From Gnetum montanum (taxonomy: Eukaryota > Plantae > Gnetophyta): 64,000 nucleotides of DNA. Under the pieces are notes generated by a model that worked only from the letters and a program-made list of their open reading frames with translations, made no database searches and was not told where the DNA came from. Positions 12,730 through 26,479 of this stretch are shown in pieces. Position 1 is the stretch's first letter. Every line of letters begins with the position of its first letter. The position numbers were made by a program, and so were the translations under genes. The DNA is taken from the NCBI GenBank assembly GCA_015680685.1, contig MNCI01002813.1, positions 1,442,287 to 1,506,286 on the forward strand, written 5' to 3'.

Positions 12730-14330
12730 GAGATTTATATAGTTTGATGTAAGGTCTACTTCACTGCTCGTCACTTAGAACTTGGGTAGAAGCTATTAAC
12801 ATCAAAGCAATGTGTTAGGATGGTTTCAAGAAAAATTATTTCACAATTGACTACTTAGTTATACTTACATATTATGTGGAAGTTGCAAAAAAGCTTCATA
12901 GAAAATTGTTTACTTGGTTTTTTGACTTTGTAAAAGCATATAATTCTATAATTCATAAAAAACTATGGTTGTGCTTAAATGAGTTAGACATCTTTATAGA
13001 ATTGATGGTAGTAATACAAAAGATACTTGAAAAAGTCATCATTGAGCTCAAAGACTAGGAATTAGGGATAATTTTCAATTCTAGAGCAAAATTGAAGTGA
13101 AAGAAGAATGTCCTTTAATTTGTCACACCTCTCTTTGATCTTTTTATTGATAAGTTGCAGGATTGGATATGTATAAAAAGCCAAAAGCATGCTATCTAAA
13201 TAGGATCCGATGCAGTGATCTACTTCTATATGCATATGACATTATCTTAATTTCTATTTTTGAGAAATGTATGCAAAATATGTTGCAATTCTAGAATTTT
13301 TTTTATTTGTCTTCTTGCTATCAAGTCAATGTGGAGCAAAAAATAATGATATAGGATACAAGAAATGCAAATTATAATTGTAAATTTGGTATTGTAACTA
13401 TAGAAATAATGAACTCCTTTAGATACTTGGTTCTCCACTCTGTGTAACTACAAATATGATAATTTTATCAAGGAGAGAATTATAGAAGAAATTAAGGCTT
13501 TATATGTAATTAAAAATAAATGTAAAACATTAAAATTATGGACTTCAAAGGTTATAAGAAATTTTTTAAACATTGTCATTTATATTGCAGTGTTATATGA
13601 GTGTGCTATATGGGGGGCAAGGCTATTAAAAGGGTGTAAAAAATATTTTTATTAAATAAATTGAATGTGAACATACAAATGTCTTATTTTACATTACTTT
13701 TGGAATGTGACTTACTCCCCTTAGAAGTTGAAGCTCTGTCAATTTATTAACTATATTCAAATGTTGGCAAAAAGTAAGCAAATCGAATTTCTCAAAACAT
13801 ATATTAAAAACATAAGAGAATAAAGATGGTATTTATAGGGATACACTAATATCTCATTAGAGGTACTATAGAGTAAATGTAGGCATATATGCAAGTTAGT
13901 TAGGAATCAAGTGTTGAGAAATTTCTAGCCAAATGTGGAAGGCAAGAAAAAATTTGATTTGGAGCATATTACAACTAATCAACTAGAGTTAGAAGTTTCT
14001 TATCTTAAAGCTAAGATGTAAGTGAAATCTTATAGCGTAATCATAAGCTTTGTTTGAGTTCACATTGCTTCAAGATAGAATGTTGGAGATGGATTAACCT
14101 CTTTAGAGAAGAGTGCATATGTGAGTTTTGTTAATAAGGAACTCTTGGGAATGAAGAGCATGTTCTTTCTTAATTACTCTTTGATTGAACATTTACTACA
14201 AAAGTATACTATTGTAACAAAAAGCTTATATGATGCTATGTATCATGGATTTGCAAACCTTGGTAAATTTTCAAGTGCATTGCATCCCAGAAGTAGGAAT
14301 ACAAATAAAAGTGCATGAAATCCACTACGG
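12730..14330 (+). mobile_element. 5'-truncated, decayed non-LTR retrotransposon (LINE) RT relic
   Basis: GFKKNYFTIDYL, FFDFVKAYNSI..KKLW, VKEECPL, LLYAYDIIL, C-terminal SSH.F.IE..RW...REE.IC..C...NEEHV motif. Confidence 0.8.
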
Positions 14331-15434
14331 GTATTTTAAATTTAAAATAAATTAAAAAATAAGATTTAATAAATCCAAAATGGAAATGAAGCTAAAAAGA
14401 TAATTAGGTGTATTAAATATAACATATCTTTTTCACAGAAAATTTTACCTTGGAAAAAATATAATTTATATATCTTATTATATTTTAATTCACATCCTCA
14501 CTTAGAAGCTTGTCCTAAGTCTTTGCAAATTCTCATGCAAGTAAACATGTTTTAAATCATGAGTTTTTGATTCACACCTTTAAAAATCAGATTCATTTTA
14601 TGTATAGGTATCATGTGCTTAACTACTTTGTTGAATATATATTTATTTTCCATAAAATGAATGTATTGTATATTTAAAGAATGTTGAATTGCATTATCTA
14701 TGCCAGCATTAAGGATGCTCGTAGTGAGGTTTGAGCACTCCAAGTGCAAATCAAATGCCCCTGAGGTAACGTACAAACTTACTTTTTGAAAATCTTCCGT
14801 TCAGTTTCATAGAGTTTCCAAAGAAAACCAAATTTTATAATATACTGAACAAGGCCATACACAGGCAAGTTGACTATACATTTCCAGTAGCGTGCACATC
14901 CCTACAGAAGTACCGGGTCTACTTGGCTTTCCATCCATCCAGACTGCCAGGCACAGGCTACAGGCCAAGCTGAGCGGACCTAAACCTTTTAAACATCAAG
15001 AAGCAGCAGCAGCTGAATCAATCAATCCCTTCAAGGAAAGCCATGAGCATAATACCATAATAGCATGAGCAACGGCAACGTGCGTGCATCGGTTGTGGCT
15101 TTGGCTTTAAAGTTGTTTACAGCAGCAGCGTTGGGAATATTGGAATTGGGTTCGTAGGCACGCAAACTGGTGAGTCCTCACAACTCACGTATAATAACTT
15201 TCAATAAGTCGGTGCCTGCGTCCCTTCATGTGCTGCGACATGTGCTGCAGCTTTTATAACTTGCCGCAGGAGCCAGCAGCAGCAGCAGCAATGTATGCAT
15301 GTATTGCTCTGCTACGCTACTGGTAGCAGCACTTAGGAAACGCTGCTACTACTAGTACAAGTACTAGTATAGTATGCTGCTACTGCCTGTGCCTGCGCAT
15401 TCATCCATTCATTCATAGAACCTACCTTATCCTG

Positions 15435-17977
15435 ATGATGATGATGATGGTGTTGTTGTTGATGCCAATGGAGTTTCCCCCACTACCACTGTCACTCCTC
15501 CTCGTCCTCATGCTGATGGTGTTGCTGCTGCTGCTTGTTATTTTAAGAGGGACAAAAACGAGGAGAGGGAGAGGGAGAGTAGTGCCTGCTGCTGCTCCTC
15601 CTCCTCCTGGGCCTCCGGCGTGGCCTTTGGTGGGTAATCTTGTTCAACTTGTGGGGTGGAGTAGTGGTAGTAGTAAGCCCCCCCACGAGTGTCTGTGGAC
15701 GCTGGCCCTCAAGTACGGGCCACTGATGAGTCTTCGACTGGGCTCCAAGAGGGCCGTGGTGGTTTCGTCGGCGGGCATGGCAGAGCACATTCTGAAACAC
15801 AAGGATCACATATTCGCAGGCAGAAGCGTCATCCAAGCGGCACAATGCCTGTCGTACCATGAGAATTCCATGATATGGTGCCAGTACGGCCCTCGCTGGC
15901 GCCTCCTCAGGAAGATGTTCAACACGCAGCTGCTGGGCCACTCTAAGCTTCACTTGTCTAAGCCGCTGCGTCGCCACCACACCGACCGAATGATCGATCT
16001 TCTGGCAGCAAAAAATCATTCTGATCATGATCATGCTGATGGTGTGGATGTTGGGCAGATTGTGTTTTTGATGTCCATGAATCTTCTGGCCAACATGATG
16101 TTCGGCAAGGACATGTTCCAGCAGCAGCAGCAGGCTCAGCAGTTCAAGGATTTGATTTGGACCATCATGGAATTGGGAGGCATGTCCAACTTGGCCGATT
16201 TCTTTCCGCTTCTTGCATGGCTTGATCCGCAGGGGATTCGTAGGAGGATCGTGCCCTGCATTGCTAAGATTTATTCTCTCTTCGACCACGTTATCCAGGA
16301 TAGGATTACAGCTAGGTCCTGCTCCTCCTCCTCCTCCGTCAGCAACAGCAACAAGGATTTTCTAGACATCCTGCTTGCCTTCTGCACCAAGCCCGACCCG
16401 CAGCGTCTCTTCGACGTCAATGCCATCAAATCTCTCTTCCTGGTAAGCCTAATGCCTTCAAATTTGATTTGATTTTGATTTTGGAGCCCATAGTCTTTTA
16501 CCTTCTTTCGCTTTTCGTTTTACTTTGATTTCGGTGCAATATAATCCCGGTAATGAAATTGCGAACCTACACACCTCGTCGTTTCTCTTATAGCCAAGCT
16601 ATTTTCCTAGTATTAGAACCCCAGAAACCCAACAAATGGTGTCATCGTATCCACGATTCTAAGTGTACTATTAGCAAAAATGGTATTTTTGTTAAAAGTT
16701 AAAACTGATCACAAATACAACCAGTAGCGGTATTTTTACAGTCTCACCGGAAGAATAACCATTTCAGAGTTTTACCAAGCAGGGTTTTGATAGAGTTGGT
16801 ATATGAATGAAAACCTAAAATTTTTTGAGTGTCTGCATAACCACCCTTTTCATTACTTGGAGGAGAGCCAAAAGATGTATTGGACAGAGAAAGAAAGACC
16901 TTACCAATGAAATGAAATGAGATCATCACTTCGAACCTCAAAAATAAATGGAGTCCGTCGTTTAGTACTTGAAGCTTGATGTTTATTCTACTAAACAATC
17001 AATTAATCCAAATAAACGAAGGTCCCTTTTATTACCCGAACCCTCAGTATTCATCCTGCAAGCGCAGTCACTTGCAGTTGTCTACAAGGCTAAAAGTAAG
17101 CAATTAAATGTGCTTTCGCAGGTAAAGCAGGGCATAGCATACTGAAGTTTATGATCTCATAGAAAGTCAAACTTTGCTGATCTAATAGAAACTGTTTGTC
17201 AACGATAACAAACAAGAAATAGGGCATTGTTGGTTCGTTGGTTGGTTGGACTTGGGTGGCAACGAACATAACATAAATGGTATGGTGTTGTGTTTGTGCA
17301 TATATGGATGGATGCAGGACATATTCCAGGCAGGTCCCCATGTGACAGCAACGACCATAGAATGGGCCATGGCAGAGCTGCTGGCCAAGCCAGCAGTGCT
17401 TGAACGAGCACAGCAAGAGATTTGCGCACACGTTGGTCTAAACCGAAAAGTAGAAGAAGACGACATCGACAAACTGCCATACCTAAACGCTATCATAAAG
17501 GAAGTGCTTCGGCTGCATCCGCCTGCGCCACTGCTGTCCAACAGAGCCGACCAAGATTGCAAAATTGCAGGATTCTTAATACCCAAAAACACGCAGACCA
17601 TAATCAACGTCTGGGCCCTGGGAAGGGACCCCGCTTCATGGAACAGACCCTCGGAATTCATCCCTGAAAGGTTTTTGAGAGGAAACGACAACTTCTGCAG
17701 CAGCAGCAAGAGCAGCATCGATTACAGAGGTCATCATTTCGAACTCATTCCCTTTGGCGCAGGCAGGAGGATCTGTCCAGGACTCCCATTCGCACATCGA
17801 ATGCTGCATCTTATTCTGGCATCTCTCATTCACAGTTTCAACTGGTCTGTCGTTAATGGCGGCACTGGTAGCACTAGCACCATCGACATGACCGATAAGT
17901 TCGGCCTTTCTTTACAGAAGGCTGTTCCCTTGAAAGCCATTCCCATCCGTAGATTGCCCCCTTCTCTCTACCAGTGA
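15435..17977 (+). CDS. Cytochrome P450, CYP71 clan (CYP76-like); exons 15435-16442 and 17318-17977, about 555 aa from the first ATG
   Basis: N-terminal TM anchor, PPGPPAWP hinge, WRLLRK, EVLR (ExxR), PERF, PFGAGRRICPG heme motif. Phase-0 intron CTG|GTAAGC...ATGCAG|GAC just before the I-helix core. No disabling lesions seen. Confidence 0.96.
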
Positions 17978-19689
17978 CGTCCTCCTAACAAATTCAGTTC
18001 CTTGGTCAACTCCAGGACCCAGCCAGCCACATTTTATATATTTATATTGATTAGTTTAAATTGTTTGAATGAGTCTTTCAATACTATTTCAGTCACATGA
18101 CATGACTGACAATCTGACGATTCTATCATGCCTTCAAGCTTAAATTCTCTGCAGTTCCAGCCTCAATTTTCTGGTATGCAAGTGGGCAAAAGAACAGTAA
18201 AGTTTTTGTCTTGTGTTGTGAATTTTTTTGTGCCTAGTTTGGGTTTTTTTTTAGGAATGACGCATCTCGTGTTGAGAGAAGCATCTCTGTAGAGTCAGAC
18301 TTGTTACATGTCTGGAAGGAGCATCGAGGTGACAATAGAAAATTGCAACCTTTCCCGCAAGCCAGCATTGCGAAAACCTGGATTCAAATACACGGATGGA
18401 AACGATTAGTGTAGCATACTGTATTATTGTATTGTACCGTAGAGGATGGATCATTCATACCAAATTGCCAATGGCCAAAGGCCAACCCATCAGCGTTGCG
18501 TTGAATGTGCGCAGCCTGGCAATATCTTTTTTCTAATCCAGTGTGGTCTATCGTTTTCCGATCCGAAATAAATATATAAAACAGAAACCCACTGCCATTG
18601 AAAGGCAGCATGTGAAACCAGTTTAGCTCGTGTTTACACACATCTGTACTGGAAAATTTGCCAAAGGAAGTATGCATGTATAATATGCTTGGATTTTGAA
18701 GGCCTGCAACTATCAATGAAAAGTATTTATGGGAATTTTAAAATTACCTGCCAACTATGAGGGGCAACTTTAATGTTATTTTTCAAACTACCAGATACCA
18801 ATGCACACCATAGTACATGGAGTTGCTTCAAACTTAAACAAATGATGTTACGAGTACGTGGTTGGTTTAAAGATTTTGATTTAACTTTTCTGTTTTTGGA
18901 GTTCTCGTTTTAACTTTTAATGATAATGCGTGGTTCAATGTTTATGTTTGTGTATAATGAAAATCATTTGAGCAATCTACGTTTTTGGCAATGAAAATGA
19001 TTGAACAAGACATTGATTATAAGATACATCTTTATGCTTGGAGTGGCAAGAGAAAACCACATGGGTTGCAATAATAGTTTTTCAGCATTTTTATCAGTTT
19101 TTGGCTTTGCCAATGAAATTTAGGAAAGTTCATCTAGGGTTGTTTACCGATTCAAAGCCTACCAATTTTAGTGTTACTTTTCCAAGAAAGATTGTGAATT
19201 GTGAAGATTATGCTATGTTTTTAAACTTAAAAAGCTTTGATTCAACATATGATGGTAATTACATCACTAAAAATATTTGAATATGTGGTAGTAGAATTTT
19301 AAAGTTATAGTAGTTATGTATACAAAGGATGTATTTCTTGAAACTTTCTTTGTCAAAATGATGTTGAATATTGTGGCTTAAAGAAAAAAAATCTAAAATT
19401 TAGTATTTTTGATTTGGAAAGAATAATACTAGATTGAGATTGCAATAAGTGAGTCATTGCTTGGTTAGAGTGTGGTTTATAATTTGCAAGTCCCAAGCTT
19501 TATACTATTATATTCCACTCAAGTTCTATGAAAGCTATACGCTCAAGGGCAATTGAACATAAATTTATTATTAAAATTTTCATATTATTTTTAAATTTTT
19601 TTTTTACGAATTTGATTGTTTTATTCTACAACTAATTTTTCGTAAGACAAAATATGTAGAATATAATTTCAATAAAAGCATAAACAATG

Positions 19690-20270
19690 GCCAAATAGAA
19701 GCAAGGATTTAAAGCCAAAATATTCTTTATTACAAACTATTCTTCATGGTGATATTGATAAAGATATAAAAAATAGGATTAAAGTAGGGTGGTCCAAATG
19801 GAGATACGCTTGTAATGTTTTATGTAATAATATAATCCCATTCAAATTAAAGGGAAAATTTTATAAGATAGTTAAATGCTTAGATGCATGTTAGATATTA
19901 CAAGAGTAGATAAATTCCCCAATACAAACATTAGAGGAAAGATTACAATGACTTTTACCTCAAATTAGCTACATGAATGGTATCTTAGATGGTTTGGACA
20001 TATGCAAAGAAGATCAAATAATGAATCTATTAAAAAAAATTTTGAGGTTTGACACCAGCCCCCTCCTTAAGTTGCTACATCACTATTTCAAAGAAGCTAT
20101 ATAAAGAAAGACCAGAAAAGAAATCGAAAAAATCATTGAAGATAATCCAAAGAAATTGCAAATAAACAAGGATTCAACCCATAATAAAGGCATATGATAA
20201 AAGAAAACTCATGTAGCCAACCTCATTTTGTTGAAAAAAAATAAGTTGATAAGGATATGATGATGATGAT
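19690..20270 (+). mobile_element. RTE-clade LINE 3' fragment with internal deletion
   Basis: GDIDKDIKNRIKVGWSKWR, IPFKLKGKFYKIV, LRWFGHMQRR, 3' CATGTAGCCAACC motif and (TGA)n tail. Confidence 0.85.
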
Positions 20271-20419
20271 ATTATTCAACAAAATTTTATGCTTAATAGA
20301 ATAAACTAATTTCAAAAAATTGATTAGTTCATAATCATAAATGAGATATTAACTTAGTAGTGAGAGTGATGAGTGGTAATAGATGTAGGAAATCTCAATT
20401 TTATTACCATTCATGCCAA

Positions 20420-23400
20420 TGCATTTAGGTTATATAGGCACTTGAATAGAATGTCATACAATCTCATAGATCCACATTGAGGGCACTTAGAGGAAAATAT
20501 TCTTACTTTGGAATGAAGAAACTATAAGAATTTCGTTAACTGTGTGATCAAAATTTGTCATAAATGCAAGGGGTACATGCATTTATATAGGCAATGACTG
20601 CATCAATGCCAATGTAATTACGTCAATGCACCATAGCATGTATCGACGAGGATACGTCAATAGGGCTACATCAACATAGCCTATATTATTGATATTTCAT
20701 CATAACTCCACAATTGACTAAAAACTTGTCCTTGAGTGAACAAAAGTTGCATTAAGCTTCTTATAAAATTTGAAGAAGTATGAAATTTATTAACAAGAGG
20801 ACTGATTGACTAACTCTAACTTTGAGTGCCAAATTGTAAATTGTAACAAAAATGAGGATCCATTACAACAAAATTGGACACTTTACAAAATTTCATTAGG
20901 TGCTTGTAAAATAGTTGAAGATGTGATGAATTATTAGATAATGCCTAGAGTTGGAGGCTCCCATGGAATGATGGTTCCTCATTCCATCTTGGTGCTACTG
21001 GAGGATGAGGTTGACTTGTTGTTGTCGCTATTGATGTTGGAAGTTTCAAAGCATCCAGTAGTGCTTTCATATTCTCTTTCTTGCTCTATGGATTGTAGAT
21101 GATTCATGTGGCTTTGTTGGTGTTGACCAATGTAGGTATATCCCATGAGTATGGCATTGAAGGAAATAATTCTTTCATGTAAATAAACCATGCTTTGAAG
21201 GTTTTGCATTCGATGTTAAACATCTTGACTAGGTTTTGCAAGTCCTAGTAATCATTTATTCTCCTTGTCAAGGTCTTAGGAATAGACTATTGATTAGTGA
21301 ATATGCTCTTAAGAACTTCAAGCTTTACATTAGCTATCTCCAACTTTTGTTTGGTCTCTTTGTAAAGCTTGGATTTTGCATCATAAATGAGGTATAGACT
21401 AGTGACATGTTTCTCCAACTTAGTCCTTGACTTCCCCACTATTAACATTGCCAAGTTTGCATAATGGAGGTTGGCAACATCCATGTACTCTATTATCTCT
21501 TCAATTTGCAACTCCTTTAGGCAAATCTCCACCTTGTTGTATGCATTTAGTCCATCAAAAATGGGCTGACATATGTCACCTTATTGTTGAACTTGCTAGA
21601 GGGTATCATTCATCTTTGTTTTTACCAATTGAATCTACTTTTCATTGACCTCCTTGAGTAGCCCAACTAAGTCCCTGTAGTGATTTTTCACTCGTTCAAA
21701 CTTCAAGACCTCATTTTTCCAAGTGAATACGACAATTGCAATCTTTTGGGGAAGAGCTTGAACTTCCTCCATTGAGTGATTTTAATTTTTTGCTACCAAC
21801 CTCCTCAAATCCAAGTTAACCTTGGCTAGCTGCTCCTGCTACTGGCATATGAACTCAACCATCTAGTCTTTTTGTTGCTCAACATTTCACAGGTGGTGGT
21901 TATCCTTAGTCAAGACCAAATTTTCTTTCTAAACCTATGATAGGTCCTAGTTAGTTTTGAAAGCCATGGCTTTTGACAAGGACACGTTGAAGATCATTAC
22001 CTCCTTTGCATTCTTAGCCATTTGAAGTCTCTATTCATGTTGTTAGAAAGCTTCATCTCTAGTAAGCTTAGGCTTGAGAATATCAAGGTTAGATAGACGG
22101 TCTTACAACTTAACAACTTCAACAGCCAACCACCAGTTAGTTGTGGTGGCCTCCTCTAGCTGTGCATTGGCAATAAGCAACTTGCCTCTTATCTTGAGTA
22201 GTTATGACTATTTTGTTGGGATTTCATCTAAAAGATCAAAGATCTAAAAAAGTAGTTTCCTAACTCCAACTAGTCTCTCCAACATCTCCTCATGTTAGGT
22301 AGTGCTCATATGGTTACTCCTTGATCCTTAGACACATGGATGTGCATCATGGCAACAATGTTAGGTATAGCTATAATAGGAGGATTCTGGGCTTCAACTA
22401 CCTTATCAACCACCACCTCTATTGTGATCTCCTAGCCCTTATATGATGTAACCAAGACAGTTGTCCCCTCATCTTCCTCCAACATGATGGAGAAAGCTAT
22501 AGCATTCCTTGAAATCTTAGGGAATATTTATCCAAGAATAGACATTGTGACCTCCCTCGCACCTAGATTAGGTTTGGTGGATGCCTATTTCCTTTGCATG
22601 GAAAAAAGCATGGTTGTTTTACTATCTAGCCAACTGATGGTCCTTGTGACCTCATTGAGATGGCTCATGGCTAGATGATAGAGAGAGGACTTCCCACCAT
22701 CTATAGAGCCTTGTTGTTGTTGTAGCTGCTGCTCTCAAAGTTTTGTGATTCTTTTGGTAACTACAAGCACCTCTAGTGTAGTCTCTAGGGTTATAGGTGG
22801 TGGTGGTAGCTATTACTCTTTCTATAGCTTTGCTACTACCTTGTCTTTCATCATTTCTAGCCATGAAGTAATAGGAGCATGATAGATCACCTCATTGGAA
22901 TAACAAGCTATTCCTCCCATTTTGCATAGCTTGTGGATGAGACATGGAAAGGGGAGTGTCTTCCTTTCCTTTTTATTTTCCTTCAAAATTTTTTTATCTC
23001 TAGGAAAATGAGTTGGGGAAGGTTGATTGGGACCTTCCTACTTAGAGAAGCACATGCTCAGGTAAAGAATTGACCTCACCACTAGGTTTAGGTGATAAGT
23101 TACAATTTTAAAGTATGCTCTCTCTACCGTTGTGAGAGTACTATACTCTTTGTGATCCATCCCATAACATTGCTGAATCCATTTCTTTTTAGCTTCTAGG
23201 TCCACCTATGTTGATATCTTAGCAAGTTTGGGCCTAGTATCTAGCAATCCAAGGGCCTCTATAATGGCCTTAATAGAATAGAATATGGTTATGTCTTTAA
23301 TCTTTATCAATGCATCTGCTTCTCGATTATTCTAGAAGAGATATGTCTTTCCCATGTATCATTTTCCATTATTGAAGAGAATAAGCCACATGGGAGACCC

Positions 23401-23507
23401 CTATTATTGAGTGGTTGGGTGTCTGAACACTCTACCATACAAGTCATGAGCATTCATGAGTAACCAAATTGTAATCTATGGATGGATAATATAAGTATGT
23501 TAGTAGT
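20420..23507 (-). mobile_element. Decayed Athila-like element F (ORF2 remnant, PPT region and truncated 3' LTR ending at 20702)
   Basis: TLPFPCLIHKLC (about 22925-22960) and EICLKELQIEEIIEYMDVANL match element D ORF2. LTR boundary TCATCA at 20697-20702. Confidence 0.8.
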
Positions 23508-24338
23508 TGATAGTTGGTTCTTGAATTTTGTCTTCTCGTGTTAAGTTAATGAAGTGTATGAGTAGTGTGGTTTAACTCTTAGCAAGGTACATGATATCAT
23601 GATGTTGTAGGCTCAAATTAATCCTAAGTATTTCCATAATGAAAATGAGAATAAAGTCTAAATCTACGTGATAACAAAAATGTAGATCTATCCTAGCCTA
23701 TGGCGATAAGCATTTGCTCTTGTCTTGTTGTACATGCCCTAAGCTCATGTAATTGTCATTGAGATTACCAAGTGAATTTAGTACTAAGTGAATCAAGTGA
23801 AATCACTGCTAGGTTATCAAAAGATTACACTTAATGTTCAAAACTAGTCGTACTTATTCCACGTTACTAATGGATATGGGAAAAGTAAAGTACTTAGAAA
23901 ATGTAAAGAACTTAATCAAAGTAAAAATATTACAAAATAAAAGTAAATTAAGTGAGATGCTACAATGGTAACAAACAATCTCAATCTTTATTGGTGATCA
24001 TGAATTGTGTTTAAGTAAAATCCACTCATTAAAGACTCTATACAACTATTAGTTACCACACTGTGAGCATTCACATCTAACTCTAAGTGTAACTTATGGA
24101 AAGAAACCACAAGAATTTTGCTAAGTGTTGCACCAAAGTTGTTCCTTTGATGTGATGGCGAATTGGTATTTATATTGATGACCAAGATCCACTACATCAT
24201 ATCTACGATGATGTAAGTAGGGCTACAATATCATAGATACAATATCGCATCTATTGACTATTATGATTTTATCATACCTCCATGATTGACTAGAGACTCA
24301 TCCTCAAGTTAAAACAAAAGGAGAATAAAATTCCTTAC
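23508..24338 (-). mobile_element. 3' LTR (23508-24274) and PPT/3' UTR stub of Athila-like element G, inserted in F and interrupted by B
   Basis: TGATA...TATCA termini. 24275-24310 repeats the PPT-junction sequence seen at 20703-20735. Confidence 0.6.
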
Positions 24339-25637
24339 TACAACACTATAGAAAAAACTCATGTTGTAACCTATAACCAAAATTCATTGTAACTTGGTGG
24401 AAAATTAATGATAAACACAATTGCCTTATTTTTCCCAAGATCGAGGATTATAACCTTTACCATTGGAATTTGAGGCAATATTTTTATTATAAAATGTGAA
24501 ATATATAGTTCATAGGCTAAATCTCACATGTCTTAGGTTATGGAGGCTGAAAACTGCTTCATTAGCTATGAATGCCTCATCTTCTAGGTAGGAAAAGTTG
24601 TAGTTTTCATGTATTTAGGCTTGGGAAGGTTGAAAATGCCTTGTAAACAATCAAATTTTGGCATTTCTTAGTTTATACGTTGGCTATGGTAGCTTTATGC
24701 TAGAGCCACCTACAAAGCTAGCATATAAAATTTAGGCTTTCATTTTTACATTGGAGGAGCTTATACAACTAGTGTAAAAAATTTGGGTCTTAAATTTTTA
24801 TTTTAAAACTTAGATTTTTACATTGGGCAACATTTCTACATTAGGAAACACATGAAGCTAGCATAAAAAGCATAAAAATTTTCAAATTTAATAAACATGT
24901 TACTAAGAGATGCCTTCAACACATTAGAAATTTTTAGTAATCTATCAAAAATCATGGTAAAAATTTGCAGCAACAGATTAGTCACCATATAACCTATTTA
25001 AACCAAAGTTGACCACATTGAAAGGACTTTTGGCATTTAGCATTTAGCTAAACATTGAGACTTTCAACACAGTGCATATCACCATAAGTCCATAGCCATT
25101 TCATTTCCTGAGACTTTTGGCAATTTGCATTCAAGATGAACACCAAGAATTTCAGAGCACTACATAGTTACCAAGAGTCCACAACTAGTCTTCCACCTAT
25201 AATGTAGATCTAGTGATAAAGAAACCAGTGACAAGCTTAATGTGCAAAACATATGGGATCATTAAGAGTGGATCTGATTGCAGGACATATCTTACCATCT
25301 AGATTGGATTCTAGGCATTCTTCCTTTGGCTCTTTGTGCATTAAAATTCAAAAATTTATATAATCTAAACTTTTTTTTATATGAACAATTTTATTATTCT
25401 AATAAAAACTTTATAGTTTCATTTGCTCAAGTAAAAATTTAATTTCTATTTCTCTACATTTAGATCTAAATTTGCAATATTATTTACTCACGTTGGTAAC
25501 AAATTACAAGTCCTTGGGTGATCAACAAGACTATCTAGGGTGCTTCAGATCCTTTTCTTGAGGCCCATGGATCCAAAGCTAAACTATTTCATCCTAAGAT
25601 TTTCAGTCCTCTAGCATCAAAATTTTCAGCAATTACA
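24339..25637 (+). repeat. 5' LTR of element B
   Basis: Homologous to 62805-64000. Ends ...ATTACA, followed after 5 nt by the decayed PBS TAGTGCTAGAAGGAAGG (25643-25659). Confidence 0.85.
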
Positions 25638-26479
25638 ATTTCTAGTGCTAGAAGGAAGGTCTCCACCCAAATTCTTCATCCAATCCTACTCTATCTTCTT
25701 ACAGAGATTGATTTTGATCAGTGTTTACCTTTAAATTTTTCTTTGGTATCCTTCACAAAGCCAATGTAGCCTTGGCATCCTGCAATTTTGATTGGAAATT
25801 TCCAAAATCAACATTATCTTGCAATTTGCTCTTGCCTCTTATTCAACGTTAAAAACTAGTTTTGGGTTTTTCCTTGAAACCTAGTGTAAAAATTATAGCC
25901 TTTTAGTAATATATCATTTTTATGCTAAGTGATAGACTTCTCCAAGTCTAGCGTATAAATTGTAGCAAGTTTGGGGAATTTGCCATTTTCACAACAAGTG
26001 CTGAACTTCATTTTTTTAACATTTTCCTTTGGATTTCTCTAGGGACCAACATATAAACCTTTGTCTCTTTGACTCATAATTTTTTTTCAAAAAAATTTAT
26101 GTTGGGCTTATCCTTAAGGCCAATGTATTTTTTGCATTGTAGGCTATGGTTGGGTGGTCACCCAATCCTAATGTAAAAATTGGTAAACTACCCAAAACAT
26201 TTTTACATCAAACTTTTCCAACTACCATTTGCAACACATACATTGTTTCTTACATACCAAAGCATAAAAGAAATTTAAAAATTAATTAATTAATTTCTAC
26301 TAGTGCAATGTACCATGATACCATTTCCATCTACATTATTGCAGTTGCAATTTCTATAATATTTCATAGGTAGAGTCCTTTTTTATGCTAAGTAGTCTCA
26401 TCTACAAAGACTTTCAATTTACAACCCAATTAAATACTTTAATGTCTTTTTGTAGGTCAACCATATTACCACTAGACCT

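Noticed and set aside
15543-16289. 248-aa minus-strand ORF and other ORFs antisense to the P450
   Set aside because: Shadow frames of a GC-rich coding exon with no recognisable motifs.
16547-17038. Possible MITE in the P450 intron (CGGTAATGAAA... / ...TTTTTATTACCCG)
   Set aside because: Terminal inverted similarity is short and weak, and no TSD was found.
17246-17317. ORF-track start for a separate 243-aa P450 protein
   Set aside because: Intronic read-through. The AG acceptor at 17316-17317 joins exon 1 in frame.
18250-18720. GC-balanced region with short ORFs downstream of the P450
   Set aside because: No motif, splice pattern or homology within the window to support a gene.
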